This document shows, piece by piece, positions 38,966-46,328 of a DNA stretch of 51,744 nucleotides. Source of the DNA: a virus (taxonomy: Duplodnaviria > Caudoviricetes); the IMG/VR virus record IMGVR_UViG_3300005805_000119, positions 1 to 51,744 of that record. The stretch is one strand, 5' to 3'. Positions within the stretch are counted from its first letter, which is position 1. Each line of letters begins with the position of its first letter. The notes under the pieces are model-generated. The model searched no databases. It was not told where the DNA came from and was given only the letters and a program-made list of their open reading frames with translations. A program made the position numbers and the translations under genes.

Positions 38966-39121
38966 TTAGGAATTGCGACGTTGAAGTTCTGCGATAAGTT
39001 GATTCAAATACTGATCTGCTTCTGGTGTTTTCAGAAGTGCTGCATCTGCAATCTCAAAAGATAAATCAGAATCATCAAGATCCTGAAGTTCTTCTACACT
39101 GTAGAATCCGTAATCAGTCAT
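38966..39121 (-). CDS. Acidic 51-aa protein
   Basis: Manual translation MTDYGFYSVEELQDLDDSDLSFEIADAALLKTPEADQYLNQLIAELQRRNS. Confidence 0.7.
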   Translation of the reverse strand: MTDYGFYSVEELQDLDDSDLSFEIADAALLKTPEADQYLNQLIAELQRRNS

Positions 39122-39311
39122 ACTCATAGATAACTTTCTCAAGTTCAGTAAGAAGTTCGGGTGTGAAGTTTTCTACAATCGGTTGTGGTTCTTCATCCTC
39201 ATTGCAATCATAATATAACTCACATTCATATTGATAAGCAAGGTCATCATCTAGAGTCATCAGATTCTCTAGTTGTTGTTCAATACTACGAATGAGTTGA
39301 TCTTGTGTCAT
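39114..39311 (-). CDS. Very acidic 65-aa protein
   Basis: ORF track; coupled to both neighbours. Confidence 0.75.
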   Translation of the reverse strand: MTQDQLIRSIEQQLENLMTLDDDLAYQYECELYYDCNEDEEPQPIVENFTPELLTELEKVIYEYD

Positions 39312-39496
39312 TAGAACTCAATACTCCAATCGTTGTCGTTGTGAAGATTAACCCAGAAAAAGTTCTTACCATTCAGTGATCGTAGAAACACACGATCACC
39401 TTTGTTTTGTTCAACAATACACTCCGATTCTTGTCCCATAAGATTACAGAATCGGTTGCGTGCTTTCTTGCTCTTGGGTGTTACAAACGCGGTCAT
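39311..39496 (-). CDS. Hypothetical 61-aa protein
   Basis: VTPKSKKARNRFCNLM...FFWV...DNDW; tight operon packing. Confidence 0.8.
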   Translation of the reverse strand: MTAFVTPKSKKARNRFCNLMGQESECIVEQNKGDRVFLRSLNGKNFFWVNLHNDNDWSIEF

Positions 39497-39499
39497 GAT

Positions 39500-39811
39500 T
39501 CAGAACTCCAGAGTAGACATTGAACGACGCATGTTAGAAGAAAGAAACAACGAACCCCAGGAATCAAAAGTGAACCAAGGTGCAATCGTGAAAGTTCCAG
39601 GAACTTCTTTACATTCACGCAATGCTTTCTTGGGAAACCAGATCGTATGACGTGGAGTGAGAATTGAACCGAATTGGATTGCTTTTTCGGTTTCTTTTAC
39701 TTTAACAACTGGGAGAATGTTAAAGTGATGCTTGCGTCCCAGGTTGATGATACAAACATCGTTCTCATCAATGTTAGAGTGAACTTCGTTGATGCTTGCG
39801 GTCTTGAGCAT
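39500..39811 (-). CDS. Hypothetical 103-aa protein
   Basis: KETEKAIQ...IWFPKKAL motif; first gene after promoter copy 4. Confidence 0.8.
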   Translation of the reverse strand: MLKTASINEVHSNIDENDVCIINLGRKHHFNILPVVKVKETEKAIQFGSILTPRHTIWFPKKALRECKEVPGTFTIAPWFTFDSWGSLFLSSNMRRSMSTLEF

Positions 39812-39835
39812 GGGTTGCGTTCCTTTGACTCTTTT

Positions 39836-39893
39836 AATATACAGGTTTTTCAGACCCGTGCTCTTTTATTGTGACACTTGTATTTGTGTCACA
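39836..39893 (-). promoter_or_regulatory. Palindrome-linked early promoter, copy 4
   Basis: TGTGACA-N10-TGTCACA (39870-39893); 28-bp gap; TATATT. Confidence 0.82.
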
Positions 39894-40104
39894 CATTCTT
39901 TACACTCTCCACCATATCTTGCAATTCTTCATCATCATAATAGTGGGACAATTCTTCCATCAATTCACTTTCTTTGTAGTCACTCATGCTATCACAAATT
40001 GTGTCGATGGCAAATGCACACAAATCGCGCACATCCATGTTATCAACAACTCGTTCAGCATAAAGTGAAATCAACTTGTAAATCTGTTCTTGAGTGAGTT
40101 CCAT
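39889..40104 (-). CDS. Acidic helical 71-aa protein
   Basis: MELTQEQIYKLISLYAERVVDNMD...; ATG 40104 preferred. Confidence 0.75.
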   Translation of the reverse strand: MELTQEQIYKLISLYAERVVDNMDVRDLCAFAIDTICDSMSDYKESELMEELSHYYDDEELQDMVESVKNV

Positions 40105-40130
40105 TTTGTTTGTGAAATTAGGAAGGGAAA

Positions 40131-40265
40131 TCATTTGCAATAGTTGGGATTAGTTTGACAAAAGAGTTCTGCTTGCTGTTCTTGATACTCATTCACTGTA
40201 GCATGAGCAGCAATGCTTACTTTAAGACCAAGAGCAAGTGTAGCAATCAAGAGTGCAATTCGCAT
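40131..40265 (-). CDS. 44-aa protein with hydrophobic N-terminus
   Basis: Manual translation MRIALLIATLALGLKVSIAAHATVNEYQEQQAELFCQTNPNYCK. Confidence 0.7.
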   Translation of the reverse strand: MRIALLIATLALGLKVSIAAHATVNEYQEQQAELFCQTNPNYCK

Positions 40266-40267
40266 GA

Positions 40268-40426
40268 TTAGATAACAGAAACTTCGATCTCTTTAATGTT
40301 CAACCCACACAACTGATTGTAGACGCGTTTGTTGATAACATCAGTTGCATTTTTGAGTTTGGATCGTTCATACCAAATAGTACAAAGTCCATCGAAAGTT
40401 GTGACCTTGATTCGGATGTCTTTCAT
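40268..40426 (-). CDS. Hypothetical 52-aa protein
   Basis: Manual translation MKDIRIKVTTFDGLCTIWYERSKLKNATDVINKRVYNQLCGLNIKEIEVSVI. Confidence 0.7.
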   Translation of the reverse strand: MKDIRIKVTTFDGLCTIWYERSKLKNATDVINKRVYNQLCGLNIKEIEVSVI

Positions 40427-40428
40427 GC

Positions 40429-40611
40429 TCAGTAGTTAGAAACGGTCTGAAAGATGATACCAGTGGAGTGATACCGAAGGTGAACATCACATTGGTATTC
40501 TTCACTCAAATTGTAGGCAAGATCGACTGCTCGATCTACACTTGTGGTGGTGTTTTCCCAAGGAGCACCATCACACTTTACGTCGATTCTGGTGTCGGGA
40601 TGAAGTCTCAT
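40429..40611 (-). CDS. Hypothetical 60-aa protein
   Basis: ORF track; first gene after promoter copy 5. Confidence 0.75.
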   Translation of the reverse strand: MRLHPDTRIDVKCDGAPWENTTTSVDRAVDLAYNLSEEYQCDVHLRYHSTGIIFQTVSNY

Positions 40612-40636
40612 CTGCTTGAATTGCTTTGACTCTTTA

Positions 40637-40694
40637 AGAATACACGATTCTGGGTGCTGTGCTCTTTTAGTGTGCCACCTCTTTGACTGTCACA
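40637..40694 (-). promoter_or_regulatory. Palindrome-linked early promoter, copy 5
   Basis: TGTGCCA-N10-TGTCACA (40671-40694); 28-bp gap; TATTCT. Confidence 0.82.
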
Positions 40695-41163
40695 AGAGAT
40701 GCCTGGAGATCGTTTTCACAATGAAATTATCTACACTTACCCCATGCACTTCTTGCATGTATTGTTCATAAAGTGTTTCTTCTTGTTCTCTTGCTTCAAT
40801 CTCATGTGGTTGATAGAAATAGTCGTACTTTTCGACTGGTTCTTTACAATAACACATTTTTCCGTAACGAAGTTGCAGTGAACCCATCACCCATTGCCGC
40901 AGATGAGTCAATTCATGCAAAAGAGTTTTTACATACAACTCCTCATCCATGTGAGTGTGCAATTCGATCAGAAAGTGTCGTGGACGCTTAACATTATCAT
41001 CCACGAAATCGCAATACCCATAGACACCTTCTCGTGCCAGTCCTCGATGTAAGATTTCCACCCCAACTTTATGTCGGGGCAGAAACTTATTCAGAAACCA
41101 AGAGGTAACATTCTCACAGAGGAGTTTGCGATAACCGTATCCAGAATGTTGGATGTAAGACAT
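40690..41163 (-). CDS. Zincin-like metallopeptidase (HEXXH)
   Basis: TLLHELTHLRQW and downstream YFYQPHEIEA (third-ligand Glu). Confidence 0.8.
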   Translation of the reverse strand: MSYIQHSGYGYRKLLCENVTSWFLNKFLPRHKVGVEILHRGLAREGVYGYCDFVDDNVKRPRHFLIELHTHMDEELYVKTLLHELTHLRQWVMGSLQLRYGKMCYCKEPVEKYDYFYQPHEIEAREQEETLYEQYMQEVHGVSVDNFIVKTISRHLL

Positions 41164-41225
41164 GATCCCCAATGCAAAAACCAGATGAAAGATGAAACAA
41201 AGATGAGTTTATGAGTCGTCGTCAT
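41091..41225 (-). CDS. Possible 44-aa membrane peptide overlapping the peptidase gene
   Basis: Manual translation MTTTHKLIFVSSFIWFLHWGSCLTSNILDTVIANSSVRMLPLGF. Confidence 0.5.
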   Translation of the reverse strand: MTTTHKLIFVSSFIWFLHWGSCLTSNILDTVIANSSVRMLPLGF

Positions 41226-41307
41226 TATCAGTGTCCCTCATAAAAACATAGTTGATTCCAACTCCAACTATAGCACACATTAACCACCAGAGAATAAATG
41301 TAGTCAT
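41209..41307 (-). CDS. 32-aa membrane peptide
   Basis: Manual translation MTTFILWWLMCAIVGVGINYVFMRDTDNDDDS; ATGA coupling. Confidence 0.6.
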   Translation of the reverse strand: MTTFILWWLMCAIVGVGINYVFMRDTDNDDDS

Positions 41308-41657
41308 CGCAGATACAGATAACCACCTGCCCAATCTGCTTTCTCAAACATTTGCTCACGAGATTGAATAATCAACACATTGTATCGTTCACCTTTAGCA
41401 GGTGCTTTTACAGTTGCTGGTTTATACACAGAACCAGACTTCTTATCAATGAAAGCATGAATAGAATCACGACGATCACCAATGTGCATGAAGACTTTGT
41501 GATACTTACGACCAGAAGAATCCAGAGAGTAGTGATACCCATCAGGAGCATCTTGCTGGAGAGCATCACACAACATCAGACCATACTTAACAATGTTAAG
41601 TTCAATCGTGTTGCGGGCATCTTGCTCAGCAACATAATCAGAGAAAGTTGCAGTCAT
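41304..41657 (-). CDS. Conserved-type T4-like phage early protein (117 aa)
   Basis: GRKYHKV...SIHAFIDKKSGSVYKPATVKAPAKGERYN...ADWAGGYLY. Confidence 0.85.
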   Translation of the reverse strand: MTATFSDYVAEQDARNTIELNIVKYGLMLCDALQQDAPDGYHYSLDSSGRKYHKVFMHIGDRRDSIHAFIDKKSGSVYKPATVKAPAKGERYNVLIIQSREQMFEKADWAGGYLYLR

Positions 41658-41682
41658 TTGCGTGAATTGCTTTGACTCTTTT

Positions 41683-41740
41683 AATATACAGGATTTTGGA
41701 CCCTGTGCTCATTTATTGTGACAGTTCTTCAACTGTCACC
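41683..41740 (-). promoter_or_regulatory. Palindrome-linked early promoter, copy 6
   Basis: TGTGACA-N10-TGTCACC (41717-41740); 28-bp gap; TATATT. Confidence 0.82.
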
Positions 41741-41990
41741 ATGTACCTCTTTGGACGTGAATCTTTTTGATTTCATGATAAAGAAACTGACGAAGTTTAG
41801 TGTCTGTGGTGTTATCAAAAGCATAATACAGTCGATTCAAATACTCATCTTGTGTTGCACCAATGTTACCATCACCACCAATGTCATTGAGTGATGAACC
41901 AGCAGAAACTTTGTTTCTGCCAAAGTTACCAGAGACACGTCCAGTTGTTCTCAGTTTAGGACGAATCTTTGAGAGGTTAGAGTAAGTCAT
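41736..41990 (-). CDS. Hypothetical 84-aa protein
   Basis: ORF track; its stop lies within the palindrome. Confidence 0.8.
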   Translation of the reverse strand: MTYSNLSKIRPKLRTTGRVSGNFGRNKVSAGSSLNDIGGDGNIGATQDEYLNRLYYAFDNTTDTKLRQFLYHEIKKIHVQRGTW

Positions 41991-42130
41991 TTGAAAGTTG
42001 CATTAACACCAACAATTCGTGCATGAGGATTTCTTGCTTGTGCAGTTTCCCTTGCATCTTTAGGATTTACTGCTTGCACTTCTTCGGTGAAAACTTTACC
42101 ACCGACATAGAGTTGAACAATGTACTTCAT
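41987..42130 (-). CDS. Hypothetical 47-aa protein
   Basis: Manual translation MKYIVQLYVGGKVFTEEVQAVNPKDARETAQARNPHARIVGVNATFK; ATGA coupling. Confidence 0.8.
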   Translation of the reverse strand: MKYIVQLYVGGKVFTEEVQAVNPKDARETAQARNPHARIVGVNATFK

Positions 42131-42132
42131 AA

Positions 42133-42360
42133 TCAGCAATAGGTAGGAAGGATACAGAAAGAACCGCAGAACTTACGAACCCACTGAAGTGTATCATAGT
42201 GACTACGCGGTTTAGACATTACCATGCTCTTGTTTGTTTCTGGATTGAGAGCAATAGCAACGTATTTGTGATCACATTCTTGATACTCAGGAGTGATCTG
42301 TTGAATGAACATTTGACACACTTTACCCTCTTTCCAGTTGGTAGTGTAGTGAAATACCAT
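42133..42360 (-). CDS. Hypothetical 75-aa protein
   Basis: MVFHYTTNWKEGKV...; the ATG at 42360 lies downstream of promoter copy 7. Confidence 0.75.
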   Translation of the reverse strand: MVFHYTTNWKEGKVCQMFIQQITPEYQECDHKYVAIALNPETNKSMVMSKPRSHYDTLQWVRKFCGSFCILPTYC

Positions 42361-42388
42361 CGGTTGCGTGGTTTGATTCAACAAAGTC

Positions 42389-42448
42389 ATTCTAAGGGCA
42401 TTGTGGGTGATTCTGAGAGGTCTGGTGGACAGTTCAACGACTGTCCCG
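42389..42448 (-). promoter_or_regulatory. Palindrome-linked early promoter, copy 7
   Basis: GTGGACA-N10-TGTCCCG (42425-42448); 30-bp gap; TAGAAT. Confidence 0.7.
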
Positions 42449-42520
42449 AATCTTGTGAAGAATGATAATTTGGAGTGCTCCCAAAGAATATGCAATAAGA
42501 ACCAAGATTCCTGTCATCAT
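42434..42520 (-). CDS. 28-aa hydrophobic peptide
   Basis: Manual translation MMTGILVLIAYSLGALQIIILHKIRDSR. Confidence 0.5.
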   Translation of the reverse strand: MMTGILVLIAYSLGALQIIILHKIRDSR

Positions 42521-42521
42521 G

Positions 42522-42683
42522 TTAAAACTTTTCAGTGTACTTTTTCACACCATTAACAATATGACCAGTGCCATACTTATCATAGAATCTTACACCATGT
42601 TCCATAAACTCTTTGCGAGCAAGACGACAATCATCTTCATATTCAAGAAGACGTGCTACTTTTCTGATTTCACTTGGATTCAT
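42522..42683 (-). CDS. 53-aa protein paralogous to the C-terminus of the upstream late protein
   Basis: Manual translation MNPSEIRKVARLLEYEDDCRLARKEFMEHGVRFYDKYGTGHIVNGVKKYTEKF; AAGGA RBS. Confidence 0.75.
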   Translation of the reverse strand: MNPSEIRKVARLLEYEDDCRLARKEFMEHGVRFYDKYGTGHIVNGVKKYTEKF

Positions 42684-42706
42684 GAGAAAGTTTCCTTTAC
42701 TTGATT

Positions 42707-42764
42707 AGATTAACCGATTTTGGATCAAAAAGCAAAAGTGTGTGACAGAATATCAACTGGCATA
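42707..42764 (-). promoter_or_regulatory. Palindrome-linked early promoter, copy 8
   Basis: TGTGACA-N10-TGGCATA (42741-42764); 28-bp gap; TAATCT. Confidence 0.7.
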
Positions 42765-43721
42765 AACCTTTTTACCATTTACAATGTGTCCAGAACCTTT
42801 AGCATCACTAAATGGCACACCTTTTGTTCTAAATGCACTTCTTGCTGCTTCTGCATCACTTTGTTGTCTTTGTAGTTTTGCTTTCTTTGCTGCTGCTGCT
42901 CTTTCAGATGCTGCTCTTGCACCACTACTTAATCTTTCATAATCAACTGCTTCTTGTTGCTTTGCTTTGATATATGCTCTCTGTTTTGCAACATAATCAG
43001 GATCACTTGGATCTGGTTTTTCTAACTTATTGACTTTCTTTACAACTTTTTTAGTCGTTTGTTTTGTGGTCGGAGTTACCATCAGAATCTCATCAACACT
43101 TTCACCATCATATTCAACTTCATCCGCTAATCCTTGCTTCTGAAGTTTTGCATGTTTCATCAATGCAGCAAGTGCTTCTTTTTTATCTCTGATCTTTTTG
43201 ATATTCTTTGCACGTTTCTTTACTTCTGGAGATCTTGTAACTACAACTTCATCTAGTGCTTCTTCCTTTCTTACACCAATTTCCACATCTTGTCTTTTCT
43301 GAGTACCAACAACAGCAGATGCTCTTGATCTTAATTTCTTACCTGCTGCTGGTCTTTCGCCCCATTCAGTTGGTTTATCTCTCCAATCATCATGTTTTCC
43401 AACATTTGCTTCACGACTTCTTGGAAGTTTAGTTGGTTTTGGTGATTGTGGTTTTGATGTATCTGCTGCCATCGAAAACTTTTCATCAATTTCACTTTCT
43501 TCTCTTAATTTTGCATTACTTCTATCAATAAAAGATATTTTTGTTATTTTTCTCTTTGGTTTTGTCGTTTCTTTTTTTCTTCCAGAGGTTACATCATCAA
43601 TTTCACGTTGTAAAGCATCTGCATGTCTTGACAAAACACCAGATTTTGCCAATCTTACGTCTGATTGTGAAACTGCCTCACAAATCTCCATAAACTCATT
43701 AAATGTCCTTTGCGTTGCCAT
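42753..43721 (-). CDS. Late-expressed basic modular protein (candidate capsid-internal polyprotein)
   Basis: ATG 43721. N-terminal RTFNEFMEICE resembles the T4 capsid targeting sequence; Lys-rich blocks are separated by IDE/LDE/VDE linkers; own late promoter. Confidence 0.7.
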   Translation of the reverse strand: MATQRTFNEFMEICEAVSQSDVRLAKSGVLSRHADALQREIDDVTSGRKKETTKPKRKITKISFIDRSNAKLREESEIDEKFSMAADTSKPQSPKPTKLPRSREANVGKHDDWRDKPTEWGERPAAGKKLRSRASAVVGTQKRQDVEIGVRKEEALDEVVVTRSPEVKKRAKNIKKIRDKKEALAALMKHAKLQKQGLADEVEYDGESVDEILMVTPTTKQTTKKVVKKVNKLEKPDPSDPDYVAKQRAYIKAKQQEAVDYERLSSGARAASERAAAAKKAKLQRQQSDAEAARSAFRTKGVPFSDAKGSGHIVNGKKVYAS

Positions 43722-43741
43722 CTTAACCAATACTTTTTAGG

Positions 43742-43748
43742 TATTTAT
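43742..43748 (-). promoter_or_regulatory. T4-type late promoter ATAAATA inside the early region
   Basis: Lies between a terminator and the 322-aa gene. Confidence 0.75.
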
Positions 43749-43777
43749 TAAAAAGAAAGACCACCCGAAGGTGGTCT
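43749..43777 (-). terminator. Rho-independent terminator with a cUUCGg tetraloop
   Basis: AGACCACC-TTCG-GGTGGTCT followed by TTCTTTTT. Confidence 0.9.
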
Positions 43778-43785
43778 CATCATAT

Positions 43786-44691
43786 TCACCAAGTCTTTGG
43801 TATTACGAAGTTATTGTAAGAAAATACTTCACGATCAACTACTTTGTAAGATCCAAACTTGTTGTGAATGACATAACCTTCGTGGAAAGAATCCATGTCA
43901 CCAATGAAACACTCAATTTCATCCTCTTCGTGAATGTAGAGGAACAGATCTGCTTTAATGGATGCAACCAACTTCCACAAACGAATGAGATTCTTATCAC
44001 AATCGCATTTTTCTGCAATTTCATCCTCACAGATGGTACGTTGCTCACGGATGCAAGCGTTAATCTCTTTTTTGATTTGTGATGCCTTGCGATCAGACAC
44101 AAACTCACATAGAGTGCTCATTTGCTTAGCAAACTTACAAACATCCTCCAGATCTTCACGATAAGGATTCAACGAGACAGCAGGTTGCACAAACAAAACG
44201 TGTTTGGTGCTTGCAAACTTGGTGGTGATAGGATGTGCTACCATTTCGGGCAGTTTATCACCAGTGTAGTAAGTATGGGGAGCAATGATAATGTCCTGAC
44301 GCACAGGTGCAGGAAACTTGTAAGTAATTGTGTTGGGAGTAAATGTATCCAACCCAGTGCCGAAACCAATCCAATCTCCCTGATACACATTCTTAGTGCG
44401 AGGGAGAAAATCTAGGCAGAAAATGAGGATTTGAGTTACACGAGGTTGCCCACCAAAGTGCTCAAAGATGTCGTCTTCAGTATAGCACAGACGAATCTTT
44501 TGCTTGTTAAATGCTGCTTTCGTGCAAACAAAGAACTTACCATTCTCAGGATTAGTTCCCCATACAAGTGCAGGAGAACCATCCATCTTAGTGCTGATAA
44601 AACTATCAACATCAGAGAACCAATCGAGCACAGAAAGATCTCCTGTCAGGATGGTATCTTCAGGGTGCTCGATGTGCTTGTTTTGAGTCAT
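43786..44691 (-). CDS. ATP-dependent RNA-ligase-like nucleotidyltransferase (DUF6267-like)
   Basis: HIEHPED, motif I TKMDGS (KxDG), motif III-like YQGDWIG, motif IV HEGYVI, motif V YKVVDR; ATG 44691. Confidence 0.7.
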   Translation of the reverse strand: MTQNKHIEHPEDTILTGDLSVLDWFSDVDSFISTKMDGSPALVWGTNPENGKFFVCTKAAFNKQKIRLCYTEDDIFEHFGGQPRVTQILIFCLDFLPRTKNVYQGDWIGFGTGLDTFTPNTITYKFPAPVRQDIIIAPHTYYTGDKLPEMVAHPITTKFASTKHVLFVQPAVSLNPYREDLEDVCKFAKQMSTLCEFVSDRKASQIKKEINACIREQRTICEDEIAEKCDCDKNLIRLWKLVASIKADLFLYIHEEDEIECFIGDMDSFHEGYVIHNKFGSYKVVDREVFSYNNFVIPKTW

Positions 44692-44712
44692 TGGAAGTTT
44701 GTTGATGAATCT

Positions 44713-44771
44713 ATTGTAAAACCACCCCAGCACTTTTGAGCACTGGGGTGGACAGTTATTTAATTGTCCTC
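44713..44771 (-). promoter_or_regulatory. Palindrome-linked early promoter, copy 9, with a stem-loop over the -35 region
   Basis: GTGGACA-N10-TGTCCTC (44748-44771); 29-bp gap; TACAAT; CCACCCCAG/CTGGGGTGG stem at 44722-44751. Confidence 0.75.
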
Positions 44772-44795
44772 TTTCAGTTTATCCATTGCAGATTT
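44759..44795. repeat. 37-bp direct repeat, left copy (orphan 3' end of the 68-aa gene)
   Basis: Matches 45889-45925 with 2 mismatches. Confidence 0.9.
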
Positions 44796-44810
44796 TCAGA
44801 AAAAATTGAA

Positions 44811-45842
44811 TCAGATTTTGATGAGTTTAGTAAAATCTTCCTTCTGATTATCTTGAGGAAGGAATCGGTGCTCACATTCTGGATGATGCCAAGGAAGCAT
44901 AGATTTGTGTCGGTTGACATCCAAACCAAACAGAGAACAAAGTTTCTGCTCAAGTTGTGCTAGTTTATCAGTGAATACTTTAGATCGAGTCGTGTCAACA
45001 CTTTCGTTTGCCATTAGTTTGATCGAGAACATAAAGTGAATCGGTTTGTTTGAAATCACTGCCTGAGATGCAAGAGAAATAATACTTCCCCAACGAGAAC
45101 CGAAGTTTGCCATGTTCACATACATTGTGTATTCACTCTCATTGTTCCAATAATCATCTACCCAGTCATCAGAGGCATTGTTAAAGAAAACAGGCAGTCG
45201 ATCATCATTCCAAGATTGGAACCTTTCAGCACCATCAGATTTGCCAGAAACTACACGTTCAATAATGATTTTGTTAAAGATTTCCTTGATTGCACTTTCA
45301 GAGATTGCACCCTTTCCAAGGAAACGGGTTTCTGCTTTGATCTGATCATCAGTTACAATGGCACCAAGACAGATAAGTTCTCGAACTGCAGCATTTACAT
45401 CAGCAGCAGAAATTGGATTGTAAATATCTTTCTTTTTAATGTTAGATGCGGTTGCAAAACGAATCTTAGACGCAACACTCTCAAATCGAACTGCTTGACA
45501 CATCCATCCAGGAATACAAAGGATGGTAGATACAGTAAATCGGTGATCTCCATTGATTGTCTCATTGGTATCTACATCGTAGTAGATAACAGGAGCATCA
45601 AGACGTATTCCGCTATCTTGAATGTCCTCTTTTAGTTCTTCAACTTTAGCAAGATCAACACCATTTGCACGTCCAGGATTCTTCCAGTGAGAAAGATCCT
45701 TCCATAGTTTCATATGGATGTCACCAACCAATTCAACACCAGAAACACCATAAGCACTCGGTTCATATGTCCAATTATCAGGATTGCAAGCAATGGCATC
45801 CCAATACTGACAGAGAAAAGAGTTTGTTGCGATAGTTTGCAT
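44811..45842 (-). CDS. ParB/Srx-like N-terminal domain protein
   Basis: NPGR...KVEELKEDIQDSG..DAPVI...TINGDHRF matches the ParB-N GxHR signature. Confidence 0.7.
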   Translation of the reverse strand: MQTIATNSFLCQYWDAIACNPDNWTYEPSAYGVSGVELVGDIHMKLWKDLSHWKNPGRANGVDLAKVEELKEDIQDSGIRLDAPVIYYDVDTNETINGDHRFTVSTILCIPGWMCQAVRFESVASKIRFATASNIKKKDIYNPISAADVNAAVRELICLGAIVTDDQIKAETRFLGKGAISESAIKEIFNKIIIERVVSGKSDGAERFQSWNDDRLPVFFNNASDDWVDDYWNNESEYTMYVNMANFGSRWGSIISLASQAVISNKPIHFMFSIKLMANESVDTTRSKVFTDKLAQLEQKLCSLFGLDVNRHKSMLPWHHPECEHRFLPQDNQKEDFTKLIKI

Positions 45843-45888
45843 AATTAAGTACGTTGTTTGAGAAAATTTGACAGGAGTGAGAATAAGT

Positions 45889-45925
45889 TTTAATTATCCT
45901 CTTTGAGTTTATCCATTGCAGATTT
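45889..45925. repeat. 37-bp direct repeat, right copy
   Basis: Encodes KSAMDKLKEDN-stop of the 68-aa gene. Confidence 0.9.
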
Positions 45926-46096
45926 GCTGATTTTGCATACCATATCATTGTCGTAGAAGTATTTTACCCTTTCTCGACGAGCAACAATCAAAAGATCATA
46001 TTGTTCTTGTTGTTGTTTAGTAAAGGTGAAATCTTGTTTCCTCCAAGCATCTTTCAATTCACGAAGATGAGGGAGAACATTTACAGTTTCAGTCAT
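45890..46096 (-). CDS. Hypothetical 68-aa protein
   Basis: ORF track. Confidence 0.8.
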   Translation of the reverse strand: MTETVNVLPHLRELKDAWRKQDFTFTKQQQEQYDLLIVARRERVKYFYDNDMVCKISKSAMDKLKEDN

Positions 46097-46134
46097 TTTG
46101 ATTTAAGGATGCAAGAAATACAATTAACCAAAGT

Positions 46135-46326
46135 TCAAGTGCAATCAGCACTATCATTTCCACTACTATCGGGGGGAGTGACATTTGGTTTCACATAACG
46201 AATGTTGTAAGGAGAATTGAAGAACCTGCGGAAAGAAGTAACAACAATAATGCCTGCCGAAACAACACCAACCAAACCCAAGAAGGTGGTAACATCACCC
46301 GTGAAAGTATAAGTGTCAGGAGTCAT
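46135..46326 (-). CDS. Small single-pass membrane protein (63 aa)
   Basis: Hydrophobic TFLGLVGVVSAGIIVVTSF followed by RRFFNSPYN. Confidence 0.75.
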   Translation of the reverse strand: MTPDTYTFTGDVTTFLGLVGVVSAGIIVVTSFRRFFNSPYNIRYVKPNVTPPDSSGNDSADCT

Positions 46327-46328
46327 AA

